Assembly (NCBI GenBank): GCA_019923695.1
Contig: JAHXGO010000004.1
Span: 1 to 38,645, forward strand
Reading direction: 5' to 3'
Source: Candidatus Liptonbacteria bacterium
GTDB lineage: Bacteria; Patescibacteriota; Minisyncoccia; UBA6257; Colwellbacteraceae
Length of the DNA stretch: 38,645 nt
Numbering within the stretch: position 1 is the first letter of the stretch; every line of letters starts with the position of its first letter. Of the stretch, positions 24,838 through 32,840 are shown piece after piece. The position numbers were made by a program, and so were the translations under genes. A model generated the notes under the pieces. The model was not told the origin of the DNA. It saw only the letters and a list, made by a program, of their open reading frames with translations, and did no database searches.

Positions 24838-24865
24838 ATTATAACGCAGTTTCTAAAATTTACAA
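24838..24865 (-). promoter_or_regulatory. promoter candidate for greA-lysS
   Basis: Minus strand: TTGTAA (24865-24860), 16 nt, TATAAT (24843-24838), about 40 nt upstream of the ATG. Confidence 0.4.
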
Positions 24866-24952
24866 ATATGCTAAAATTAAAAAATAAACTTTAAAAAAAC
24901 CTCATAAAACCTGCATAAAACAAAATTTTTTAATTTCAATTTTTGATAACGA

Positions 24953-24985
24953 GCGATATATCATAATCATTCTATTCACCATAGG
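24953..24985. repeat. palindromic dispersed element, copy 9 (degenerate)
   Basis: GCGATATATCATAATCATTCTATTCACCATAGG. This is the weakest member of the family. Confidence 0.35.
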
Positions 24986-25129
24986 GAAATGAAAAAAATA
25001 ACCACTTTTAAAGAAAAACCAACTTCAAAAATCAAAATCTCGAAATTTAAAAAATCTTACCAAATTAAAACAAAGGGCTCTCTTTTTTAATAACAAATCT
25101 TAAGTTTAATCTGTGAAACGCTCTATTTA

Positions 25130-25651
25130 TTATCGTTTTGCCCATTGAGGAGCTCGTCTTGCTTTTTTTAAACCGTATTTCTTTCTCTCAACCATTCTAG
25201 AATCACGAGTAAGGAACCCTTCCTTTCTTAAAATCTGTCTTAAGTTTTCCTTTAACCATATAGAAGGATCAATTTTAAGCAGAGCTCTTGCAATCCCTAA
25301 AGAAATCGCATCAGCCTGCGCTTCTAATCCTCCTCCTTTAACCTTTATGGATATAGACGCAAACTTATCTTTAGCCTCTACCTTTAAAAGAGGGGCTAAG
25401 ATTTTTTTTCTTTGACGTTCGGTTTGAAAATATTCCTGATAAGACAATTTATTTACTACAATCCCTGTTTTTTCTTTGGAATTAACATAAATTCTTACCC
25501 GACTGACAGCGGTTTTTCTTCTCCCAACTCCTTCAAAATATTTTAACTCTTTAAGTTCTTTAACTGACGCTTTAGATTCTTTAACCAACGCTTTGGTTTT
25601 TTTAATCGACGCCTTAGGTTTTTTAACTAACGCTTTAACTTCTTTAGTCAT
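25130..25651 (-). CDS. rpsI: 30S ribosomal protein S9 with ~40-aa Lys-rich N-terminal extension
   Basis: uS9 core GVGRRKTAVSRVRI ... ending KKARRAPQWAKR. Confidence 0.95.
   Translation of the reverse strand: MTKEVKALVKKPKASIKKTKALVKESKASVKELKELKYFEGVGRRKTAVSRVRIYVNSKEKTGIVVNKLSYQEYFQTERQRKKILAPLLKVEAKDKFASISIKVKGGGLEAQADAISLGIARALLKIDPSIWLKENLRQILRKEGFLTRDSRMVERKKYGLKKARRAPQWAKR
25553..25636. repeat. four tandem 21-bp repeats inside rpsI
   Basis: They encode KALVKKP-KASIKKT-KALVKES-KASVKEL at the S9 N-terminus. Confidence 0.8.
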
Positions 25652-25994
25652 TTTTCAAAAAAATTATTTTTTTTAATCTTTTAACAAGCAATCTGTTTTT
25701 TGGAAGCATCCCCGCCACGGTTTGTTTTAATAACTTTTCCGGACTTTTACTAAAAACTTCCCTAAGTTTTCTTTCTTTTAAATGGCCGGGACGACCAGTA
25801 TGATGATAATAAATTTTCTGCTCAATTTTTTTGCCGGTAAATTTTAAATCATTTATATTTTTAATAATAACCCGAGCGTCCCCTTCAAGCCTAGGGTCAT
25901 AATCCGGAGAATTTTTGCCTTGTAAAATAACAGCTATTTTTGAAGCTAACCTTCCTAAAGATTGATTTTTTGCGTCTAAAGTATATTCTTTCAT
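25644..25994 (-). CDS. rplM: 50S ribosomal protein L13 (short, 116 aa)
   Basis: uL13 motifs LGRLAS.IA..LQGK and YYHHTGRPG. It overlaps the rpsI start by 8 nt. Confidence 0.94.
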   Translation of the reverse strand: MKEYTLDAKNQSLGRLASKIAVILQGKNSPDYDPRLEGDARVIIKNINDLKFTGKKIEQKIYYHHTGRPGHLKERKLREVFSKSPEKLLKQTVAGMLPKNRLLVKRLKKIIFLKND

Positions 25995-26045
25995 TTTTAT
26001 AATAGATTATTCTTTGATTAAAGGTTATCCTTTAACCGTAAAAAA

Positions 26046-26396
26046 TTAAACAAATTCAATGATAGCTAAACCAACTCCGTCCCTTTTCCGCGATTTTGCG
26101 GTTTTTATAATCCTTAAATATCCTCCCTTCCTTTCTTTGTACTTTGGAACAATTTCATGATAAAGCTTAAAAGCCGATTTTTCGGGAAGCCTTGCTAAAA
26201 AATAACGCAAAGATGTCAAGTTCTGTTTTTTCCCATAAGTAATTAATTTTTCCAAAACAGGCTTTATTTCCTTTGCTCTCGCTAAAGTAGTTTCAATCTT
26301 TCCTTTTAAAATAAGATTATTTAAAAGACCCCTTACAAAATGACGCCGAGGGCCTTTTTTTCTTCCAAACTTTCTCCCTTTTTTCAAATGACGCAT
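26046..26396 (-). CDS. rplQ: 50S ribosomal protein L17
   Basis: MRHLKKGRKFGRKKGPRR... and RKRDG..LAIIEFV are typical bL17 sequences. Confidence 0.95.
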   Translation of the reverse strand: MRHLKKGRKFGRKKGPRRHFVRGLLNNLILKGKIETTLARAKEIKPVLEKLITYGKKQNLTSLRYFLARLPEKSAFKLYHEIVPKYKERKGGYLRIIKTAKSRKRDGVGLAIIEFV

Positions 26397-26404
26397 ATTT
26401 TATC

Positions 26405-27211
26405 TTATTTTTTTGAAACTTTCACGGATTTTTTATCTTCTCCTCTAATTTCTTTTTTATCTTCCTCAAAAACAACGGATTCTTCTTCATCCTTAGATTG
26501 TCCTTTAACTAAAGATGATTCTTTAATCAGAAAAATCTTTTTAAAATGATCGCACAAAATATTACTTGCCTTATACAATGCTTCCGAAGGCAAAATAGAA
26601 CCATCAGTCTCAATAGTTAATTTTAACCGGTTATAATCAGTTCTTTTTCCCACTCGCATATCTTCAATCATAAAACTTACATTGCGAACAGGACTAAAAA
26701 AGGCGTCTAAGGTAATAATTCCTATTTCTAATTTCTCGGTCTTCCTTTTTTCTACCGAAACATAACCAAGTCCTTTTTCCACTGTTAGCTCCAGCTCAAT
26801 TTCCGCTTTTTTATCAGTAACCGTAAAAAGATGTTGATCCACATTAGCCACAATAACTTGAGCGTTAGAAGTAATATCTTTGGCAAAAACTTTCTTTTCC
26901 CCCTTAACTTTTAAAGTCAAAACTTGAGGGCTATCAGCATAAAAAGAAAACCTTACTTTTTTAAGATTTAAACCGATTTCTATGACATCTTCTAAAACTC
27001 CCGAAATAGTTGAAAACTCATGTAAAATTCCCTTAATTTTAAATTGTGTAATAGCTGCGCCTGGGATCGAAGACAAAAGAGCTCTCCTTAGACTATTACC
27101 AATAGTCAAACCATAGCCAGGATAAAAGCCTTCTATGTTAAAAACGCCGACTTTTTTATCTTCGGAAAATTTTTTAATATTAACGCTTTCGCTAAGATAA
27201 GAATATTCCAT
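26405..27211 (-). CDS. rpoA: DNA-directed RNA polymerase alpha subunit, N-terminal domain only (268 aa)
   Basis: An alpha-NTD is recognisable (GNSLRRALLSSIPGAAIT ... VRNVSF.IEDMRVGKRTDYNRLKL). The last ~40 aa are a charged low-complexity tail. No HhH alpha-CTD sequence is present. Confidence 0.9.
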   Translation of the reverse strand: MEYSYLSESVNIKKFSEDKKVGVFNIEGFYPGYGLTIGNSLRRALLSSIPGAAITQFKIKGILHEFSTISGVLEDVIEIGLNLKKVRFSFYADSPQVLTLKVKGEKKVFAKDITSNAQVIVANVDQHLFTVTDKKAEIELELTVEKGLGYVSVEKRKTEKLEIGIITLDAFFSPVRNVSFMIEDMRVGKRTDYNRLKLTIETDGSILPSEALYKASNILCDHFKKIFLIKESSLVKGQSKDEEESVVFEEDKKEIRGEDKKSVKVSKK

Positions 27212-27249
27212 ATTTTTATTTTTTTATTACAACGAATTTTAATAAAAGG

Positions 27250-27858
27250 CTATCTTGAATAATAATTAATAATTAAATTTAAATCAAAGACAATATCAAT
27301 GTCCTTTGGCTCAACTAAAACTTTTCCGATTAATTTTTCTTTATCAAAGTCAAACCACAAAGGCATTTTATAATTCTTTAAACGGCTATCCAAGTCCTTA
27401 ATAAGAGGACTTTCTTTTTTAACATCTAAAACGATTTCATCATTTAATTTAACTATAAAAGACGGGATAGTTGTCTTTTTTTTATTAACTTTAATATGAC
27501 CATGACTGACCAACTGACGGGCAACTCTTCTTGAAGGCGCCAAGCCTAATCTAAAAACAACATTATCAAGCCGTTTTTCAAGTAATTTAATAAAAGCTAT
27601 GTCAGTTGGCTCATTTGATTTATTAGCTAAAACAAAATATTGCTTTATTTCTTTTTCTTTCAAACCATAACTAAAACGAATTTTCTGTTTCTCTGCTAAT
27701 TGACGACCATATTCGCTAATTTTACGAAATTTTTTATTGTGTTGGCCAGGACGATAAGGCCTCTTAACCATCGCGCACTTCGAAGACGAACAACGCTCAC
27801 CTTTTATAAAAAGTTTTGTTCCTAAGGCTCTTTCTTTTTTTTCTAAAATTTTAATCAT
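27250..27858 (-). CDS. rpsD: 30S ribosomal protein S4
   Basis: uS4 N-terminal Cys-containing region and an S4 RNA-binding domain (RLDNVVFRLGLAPSRRVARQLVSHGHI). Confidence 0.95.
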   Translation of the reverse strand: MIKILEKKERALGTKLFIKGERCSSSKCAMVKRPYRPGQHNKKFRKISEYGRQLAEKQKIRFSYGLKEKEIKQYFVLANKSNEPTDIAFIKLLEKRLDNVVFRLGLAPSRRVARQLVSHGHIKVNKKKTTIPSFIVKLNDEIVLDVKKESPLIKDLDSRLKNYKMPLWFDFDKEKLIGKVLVEPKDIDIVFDLNLIINYYSR

Positions 27859-27876
27859 AATATAAATTTATATAAT

Positions 27877-28317
27877 TTAAACTCTTCTCTTTTTTGGGGG
27901 TTTAGGACCATTATGAGGAATCGGAGTAATATCTTTAACAGATAAAATATTAAAACCACGATTAATTAAAGATCGCAAAGCAGAGTCTCTCCCTCCGCCA
28001 ACACCACAGATAAAAACATTGACATTAAAAGGCCCGGTTTTACTTATTTTTTCAGCTAACGCAGACACAACTCTTTGAGCCACGAAAGAAGTAGCTTTTT
28101 TTGGTCCTGAAAAACCCATTGATCCGGCTGAAATCCAAGTAATAACATTTCCTAAATTATCCGTTACAGTGATGATAGTATTATTATAAGAAATATTAAT
28201 ATAAATTCTTCCGCTTTCAATAATTTTAGAACTTTTCTTGCCTTGAGAAACTGAAGTTGATTTTGAAACTCCCTCAACTGAAGTTGCTGATTGTGAAACG
28301 ACTCTTTTTTTACCCAT
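27877..28317 (-). CDS. rpsK: 30S ribosomal protein S11
   Basis: uS11 core NNTIITVTD..GNVI.W.SAG..GF.G.KK.T..AA plus the PHNG.KPPK tail. Confidence 0.95.
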   Translation of the reverse strand: MGKKRVVSQSATSVEGVSKSTSVSQGKKSSKIIESGRIYINISYNNTIITVTDNLGNVITWISAGSMGFSGPKKATSFVAQRVVSALAEKISKTGPFNVNVFICGVGGGRDSALRSLINRGFNILSVKDITPIPHNGPKPPKKRRV

Positions 28318-28351
28318 AATTTAAATAATTGATAATTTTAAAACTATTTGA

Positions 28352-28735
28352 TTATTTTAATTCTGTTTTTCTTTTACCGCTGGTAACAGTTTTTCTAAGA
28401 TTCCCCCTAACTGTACGAGAATTAGTTTTTGTCCGCTGCCCCCTTGTTGGTAATCTTTTAGCGTGCCGCGTCCCCCGATAAGTATGAATATCTTTTAATC
28501 TAACAATGTTCTGTTTTATCACTTGACGCAATTCACCTTCAACTTTATAGTCACGCTCCATAATTTCTTTTATTTTGCTAACTTCTGAAGAACTTAAATC
28601 TTTAGCGCGTTTATTGAGATCGATTTTTGCTTCGCTTAAAATCTTTTTGCTTGAAAAACGACCTATGCCGTAAATATAAGACAACGCCGCTTCAATGCGT
28701 TTATTGTCAGGAATATTAATACCAATTATTCTCAT
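28352..28735 (-). CDS. rpsM: 30S ribosomal protein S13
   Basis: MRIIGINIPDNKRIEAALSYIYGIG... and YRGTRHAKRLPTRGQRTKTN. Confidence 0.95.
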   Translation of the reverse strand: MRIIGINIPDNKRIEAALSYIYGIGRFSSKKILSEAKIDLNKRAKDLSSSEVSKIKEIMERDYKVEGELRQVIKQNIVRLKDIHTYRGTRHAKRLPTRGQRTKTNSRTVRGNLRKTVTSGKRKTELK

Positions 28736-28744
28736 AATTATAAT

Positions 28745-28861
28745 TTAACCTTGTCTTTGTTTATGTTTTGATATTTTTTTACAAATAACATAAATCCTGC
28801 CTTTTCGACGGACTATTTGGCATTCTTTACATATTGTTTTTACTGAAGGCCTAACTTTCAT
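28745..28861 (-). CDS. rpmJ: 50S ribosomal protein L36 (38 aa; below the ORF-track cut-off)
   Basis: The minus strand translates to [38 protein letters not shown]. It sits in the canonical position between infA and rpsM. Confidence 0.9.
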   Translation of the reverse strand: MKVRPSVKTICKECQIVRRKGRIYVICKKISKHKQRQG

Positions 28862-28906
28862 TTAATCTTTTTATATCTCAATTTGTTATATTAAATACTC
28901 TACTTA

Positions 28907-29119
28907 CTATAATCTCCTTATAATTCTGCCCCTAATTCTTCCTTTTTTATCATCATATGAAGACATTTCAACTATAACCTTGTCTCCCGGTAAAACCTTA
29001 ATTTTATTCCGACGCATTCTGCCGGCAAGATAAGCTAAGGCTTCGCGCTCTAAATTATTCAATTTAACTCTAAAATTAAGATTTGGAAGCGCCTCCACTA
29101 CTATACCTGTTTCAGTCAT
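28907..29119 (-). CDS. infA: translation initiation factor IF-1
   Basis: S1-like OB fold: G.V.EALPN..FRV.L.N......Y.AGRMR.N.I.V.PGD.V.VE.S.YD..KGRI..R. Confidence 0.94.
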   Translation of the reverse strand: MTETGIVVEALPNLNFRVKLNNLEREALAYLAGRMRRNKIKVLPGDKVIVEMSSYDDKKGRIRGRIIRRL

Positions 29120-29180
29120 ATAGTGTTTAATGTTAGCATAAAAAATCTTTAAAGGTCAACCCATTTTAAAACTTCTAAAA

Positions 29181-30773
29181 TTATTCGTAACTAACTTCAA
29201 CTTTTTCTAATAAAAAGGGTACCGAATTTACCCAAAAGGGCCAAAAATTAACATCAACTTTTTCCACATCTGGCATATTTAAAATTAAAATTTTGATTTC
29301 TGACGCTCGCTTTCCTAAAACAGAATTTTTAAACTCTTCCGCATTAAACGGCCTTGTCCATTTTGAATTAAACTCAACATTAACAGAAAAAACATTATTT
29401 TCAAAATCAAATTCGGGAAGACTATATTTAATATCATATTTTTTTAAGACAAAATCGCCTTCTCTGTCCTGAATAAATCTGTTGGTAAGCGCCTTCACTA
29501 AATCTATTTCTTTAAAAGCAACAACCTTTCCTTCGGCAACAATTGTAAATCTAAAAACTCCCCTTGAGTCCCCTTCTTTTGAAACCTCTTCTTTTATAAC
29601 ATTAAATTCAAAAACATCATCAAAAACTTTCAAATCTTGAGGAATCTGACTTAAAAGTTTTATTTTTGAATTACCTTTAAGAGTTTGACGAGCTCTTTCT
29701 TTAACCGAAGCTATATCGCTTTCAGTCGGTATTTTAATTTTTCCGATAAAACCACCTTTAGTCGGCTCTTTTAATTCTCCATAAAAAGCTTCATATTTCG
29801 GCATTCCTTGAAAACCGGGAATACTAAGTCTACTTATCGGCCCAAGATTATATTCTTCACCCGGCTTATCGGCTCTAACCATTACTTCAATACTTGAAGG
29901 AATTATTGTCCCTCTTTCAATATTGGCGCCAGGCACCCTTACTGCCGATAAAGTTCTAAAAATTTTTCCGTCTGGAGTCATAAAACGAGTATTTTTAATA
30001 AGCAACTGTGATTTCGAACTATAAGAATTATAAACAGTAATTTTTCCGGTAGCTTTATTTTCAACATTTTTCTCTCCGCTAGCGGTAAAATCAAAAACCT
30101 GATTTTGCATATCTTTAAAAACCTGACCTTTAACAGCTATTTTATTTTCAGTTTGAAGATCATCGATTAAAATTACAACTTCATCATTAAAAACCCAATC
30201 TGTTGTTTTAAGAGTTATATGAACATCAGCATGAGGCAAAACCCTTGTTATTAAAGTAAAAATAAGAAAAATAAGTCCCGAAATAAATAAAAATATAAGC
30301 GTTTTTTTCAAAAAAATAAGCATTGAAGAAAACCAAGATCGTTTTACTTTTTTTTCTTCTCCATCCCACTCTTCGCTTTCTTCTTGACCTTCTTCTTTGT
30401 TCTCTTCTTTATTTTCTTCTTTGTTTTCTTCTTGATTTTCTTTCTCTTCGCGCTCTATGCTCAAATACTTTGTTTTCGATGTTTTTCTAGGAATTATGTC
30501 AATAAAAGATTTTTTAGTTTGTCTTAAAAAAGGTATAGAAGCTTCAAAACCAGCCGAAACCGCCATATTAACAATATCTTCTTCAAACGACTCAACAATA
30601 ACTTTTTTTCTACTTCTTTTTATTTTCTGTTTAATCGCATAAAAATCATTTTTCCCTTCTTCAAATACTAATCCTTGCTGAATATGAAGCAAAATTTCTT
30701 TATCTGGACAATTTAAAATCTTTTGGATAATCGACTTTAAATTATCTTCTTTACTAATGTAAATTTTTGTCAT
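29181..30773 (-). CDS. hypothetical single-pass membrane protein (530 aa) with acidic repeat linker and large ectodomain
   Basis: Cytoplasmic N-domain of ~95 aa, then an EEKENQEENKEENKEENKEEGQEESEE repeat (nt 30375-30449), one TM helix (LIFLFISGLIFLIFTLI), and a beta-rich ectodomain of ~350 aa. I recognise no catalytic motif. Confidence 0.7.
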   Translation of the reverse strand: MTKIYISKEDNLKSIIQKILNCPDKEILLHIQQGLVFEEGKNDFYAIKQKIKRSRKKVIVESFEEDIVNMAVSAGFEASIPFLRQTKKSFIDIIPRKTSKTKYLSIEREEKENQEENKEENKEENKEEGQEESEEWDGEEKKVKRSWFSSMLIFLKKTLIFLFISGLIFLIFTLITRVLPHADVHITLKTTDWVFNDEVVILIDDLQTENKIAVKGQVFKDMQNQVFDFTASGEKNVENKATGKITVYNSYSSKSQLLIKNTRFMTPDGKIFRTLSAVRVPGANIERGTIIPSSIEVMVRADKPGEEYNLGPISRLSIPGFQGMPKYEAFYGELKEPTKGGFIGKIKIPTESDIASVKERARQTLKGNSKIKLLSQIPQDLKVFDDVFEFNVIKEEVSKEGDSRGVFRFTIVAEGKVVAFKEIDLVKALTNRFIQDREGDFVLKKYDIKYSLPEFDFENNVFSVNVEFNSKWTRPFNAEEFKNSVLGKRASEIKILILNMPDVEKVDVNFWPFWVNSVPFLLEKVEVSYE

Positions 30774-30849
30774 TCCTTTATTTTTGTATATTAGTATTTC
30801 ATTTATAATAAGTCTTTTACTTACTATAACAAAATAATCTCCGCTTCAC

Positions 30850-30880
30850 TATAGCAAGCGGGGGCCGCTCAATATATTAA
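30850..30880. repeat. palindromic dispersed element, copy 10 (type B)
   Basis: TATAGCAAGCGGGGGCCGCTCAATATATTAA. On the minus strand the order is core, then TATAGT, then the 530-aa gene start at 30773. Confidence 0.65.
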
Positions 30881-30977
30881 ACTCAAAATTCAGTAGCAAA
30901 TATAATATTCAATATAACAATTAATAAAACTTTTTAAGTTTAATCTAAAAACAACAGAAAAAAACGCTTTGTGTCGT

Positions 30978-32837
30978 TTAAATATAAATATCAGCTTTTA
31001 TCCGCCTTATCCCTTTTGCCACCGCCTCTTCTTTTAAAATTTTAAATTCTTTTAATTCCGAGGTTCGGGCGGCATGGGGTCCGCCGCAAATTTCCCTTGA
31101 AAAAATATAGCCATCTTTCCCAGTCGTATAAACTTTAACTTTTGTCTTATATTTATTTTCAAAAACTCCCAAAATTCCTTTTTGTTTAGCCTCTTCTAAA
31201 TCCATCTCTTCTGCTGTCACTATTAAATCTTCTTTAATTTTTTCGTTAATTAAACTCTCGATTTTTTTAAGTTCGTTTTCGCTTAATTTTTCGTTATGAG
31301 AAAAATCAAATCGCAATCTTTCAGTAGTAATATTGCTTCCTTTTTGAAAAACATGATTCCCTAAAACCTCCCTTAAAGCCGCTAAAAGAAGATGAGTCGC
31401 AGTATGAAGCTTAACTGTTTTTCCGCTTAGATCAACCAAACCTCCTTTAAATAAGCCCGCTGAAGCAGTCCTTGAAAGTTCTTGATGTTTCTTAAATTCT
31501 AAATTAAACCCTTTTTCATCTATTTTTATCTCTCTTTCTTTTGATAGTTCCTTAATAAGCTCAAAGGGAAAACCATAAGTCTGATATAAATCAAAAGCCT
31601 CAAAACCAGAAATTTCTTTTCTGTCAGAAATTTTTTCAAACTCCTTCAACCCTTTTGCCAAAGTTTTAATAAACCTTTGTTCTTCTCTTAAAATTTCTCT
31701 GATGATAAAATCAAAATTTTTTTCCAATTCAGGATAAATGTTCTGATACATTTCTTTTATGAGCCAAACAATATCCTTAAACCAATCATCCTGATTAATT
31801 CCGATTTCTTGAGCGTAGCGTATTGCTCTTCTTATTAGCCGTCTAATCACATAACCTTGACCGACGTTCGAAGGAAAAAGACCTTTATCATCAGCCATAA
31901 TAAAAACAACTGCCTTAAAATGATCAGCGATAATTTCAAAAGCTTTTTGATTGTTGAAATATTTTTTTCCTGATAATTCTTCTATCTTTTGAATAATCCG
32001 ATAAAAAAGATCCGTTTCAAAAACATTATTTTTATTCTGAACCATCATTGTAATTCTTTCCAACCCTCCGCCAAAATCAACATTTTTGCTTTCAAGTTCT
32101 CGCCAGCCATCTTCGGTTTTCTGATATTGGATAAAAACAGAATTGCCGATTTCTATAAAGCGGCCGCAATCGCAATTGATATGGCAATATTTTCCGAATT
32201 TCAAGTTATGTTTTTTTCCGGTGTCGTAAAAAGTCTCGGAATCAGGGCCGCCTAATTCTCCAACCGCCTCGCCCCTTTGCCACCAGTTTTTATCACGATA
32301 AGCAAAAATTTTTTCGTTATTAAAATCTATTTCCCGGCCCGGGCCAATTTCTCCTTTTATTAAAGTTTCCGGTCCTTCTTCCGCCTTAATTCCATATTTC
32401 TTAAATATCTCTTTTAAAACTCCTACTGATTCCTCATCTTTTCCCACCTGCCCGTCGCCGGCGTAAACAGTCTGATAAAGCTGACTTGGATTTATTTTTA
32501 ACTCTTCAATTAAAAATTCATACCACCAATTCAACTGTTCTTTTTTAAAATAATCGCCGAAAGACCAGTTACCAAGCATTTCAAAAAAGGTATTATGCCG
32601 ATTATCACCGATTGAATCAATGTCTTCCGTCCTAAAACATTTTTGAAAATTTACTATTCTTTGGCCGGCAGGATGTTTTTCGCCTAAAAAATAAGGCACC
32701 AAAGGAAACATCCCCGAATTAGTAAAAAGTAAAGATGAATCATTTTCCGGGATTAAAGAAGCTGAAGAAATAATATTATGTTTTTTATCTTCAAAAAATC
32801 TTAAAAATTTTTTTCTTACTTCGTTTGAATCCATCAT
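30978..32837 (-). CDS. alaS: alanyl-tRNA synthetase, short form without C-Ala domain (619 aa)
   Basis: Class II catalytic core (FTNSGM, FEMLGNWSFGDYFK) and editing-domain metal ligands (HTATHLL ... CGGPH). The protein ends shortly after these. Confidence 0.93.
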   Translation of the reverse strand: MMDSNEVRKKFLRFFEDKKHNIISSASLIPENDSSLLFTNSGMFPLVPYFLGEKHPAGQRIVNFQKCFRTEDIDSIGDNRHNTFFEMLGNWSFGDYFKKEQLNWWYEFLIEELKINPSQLYQTVYAGDGQVGKDEESVGVLKEIFKKYGIKAEEGPETLIKGEIGPGREIDFNNEKIFAYRDKNWWQRGEAVGELGGPDSETFYDTGKKHNLKFGKYCHINCDCGRFIEIGNSVFIQYQKTEDGWRELESKNVDFGGGLERITMMVQNKNNVFETDLFYRIIQKIEELSGKKYFNNQKAFEIIADHFKAVVFIMADDKGLFPSNVGQGYVIRRLIRRAIRYAQEIGINQDDWFKDIVWLIKEMYQNIYPELEKNFDFIIREILREEQRFIKTLAKGLKEFEKISDRKEISGFEAFDLYQTYGFPFELIKELSKEREIKIDEKGFNLEFKKHQELSRTASAGLFKGGLVDLSGKTVKLHTATHLLLAALREVLGNHVFQKGSNITTERLRFDFSHNEKLSENELKKIESLINEKIKEDLIVTAEEMDLEEAKQKGILGVFENKYKTKVKVYTTGKDGYIFSREICGGPHAARTSELKEFKILKEEAVAKGIRRIKADIYI

Positions 32838-32840
32838 TGT

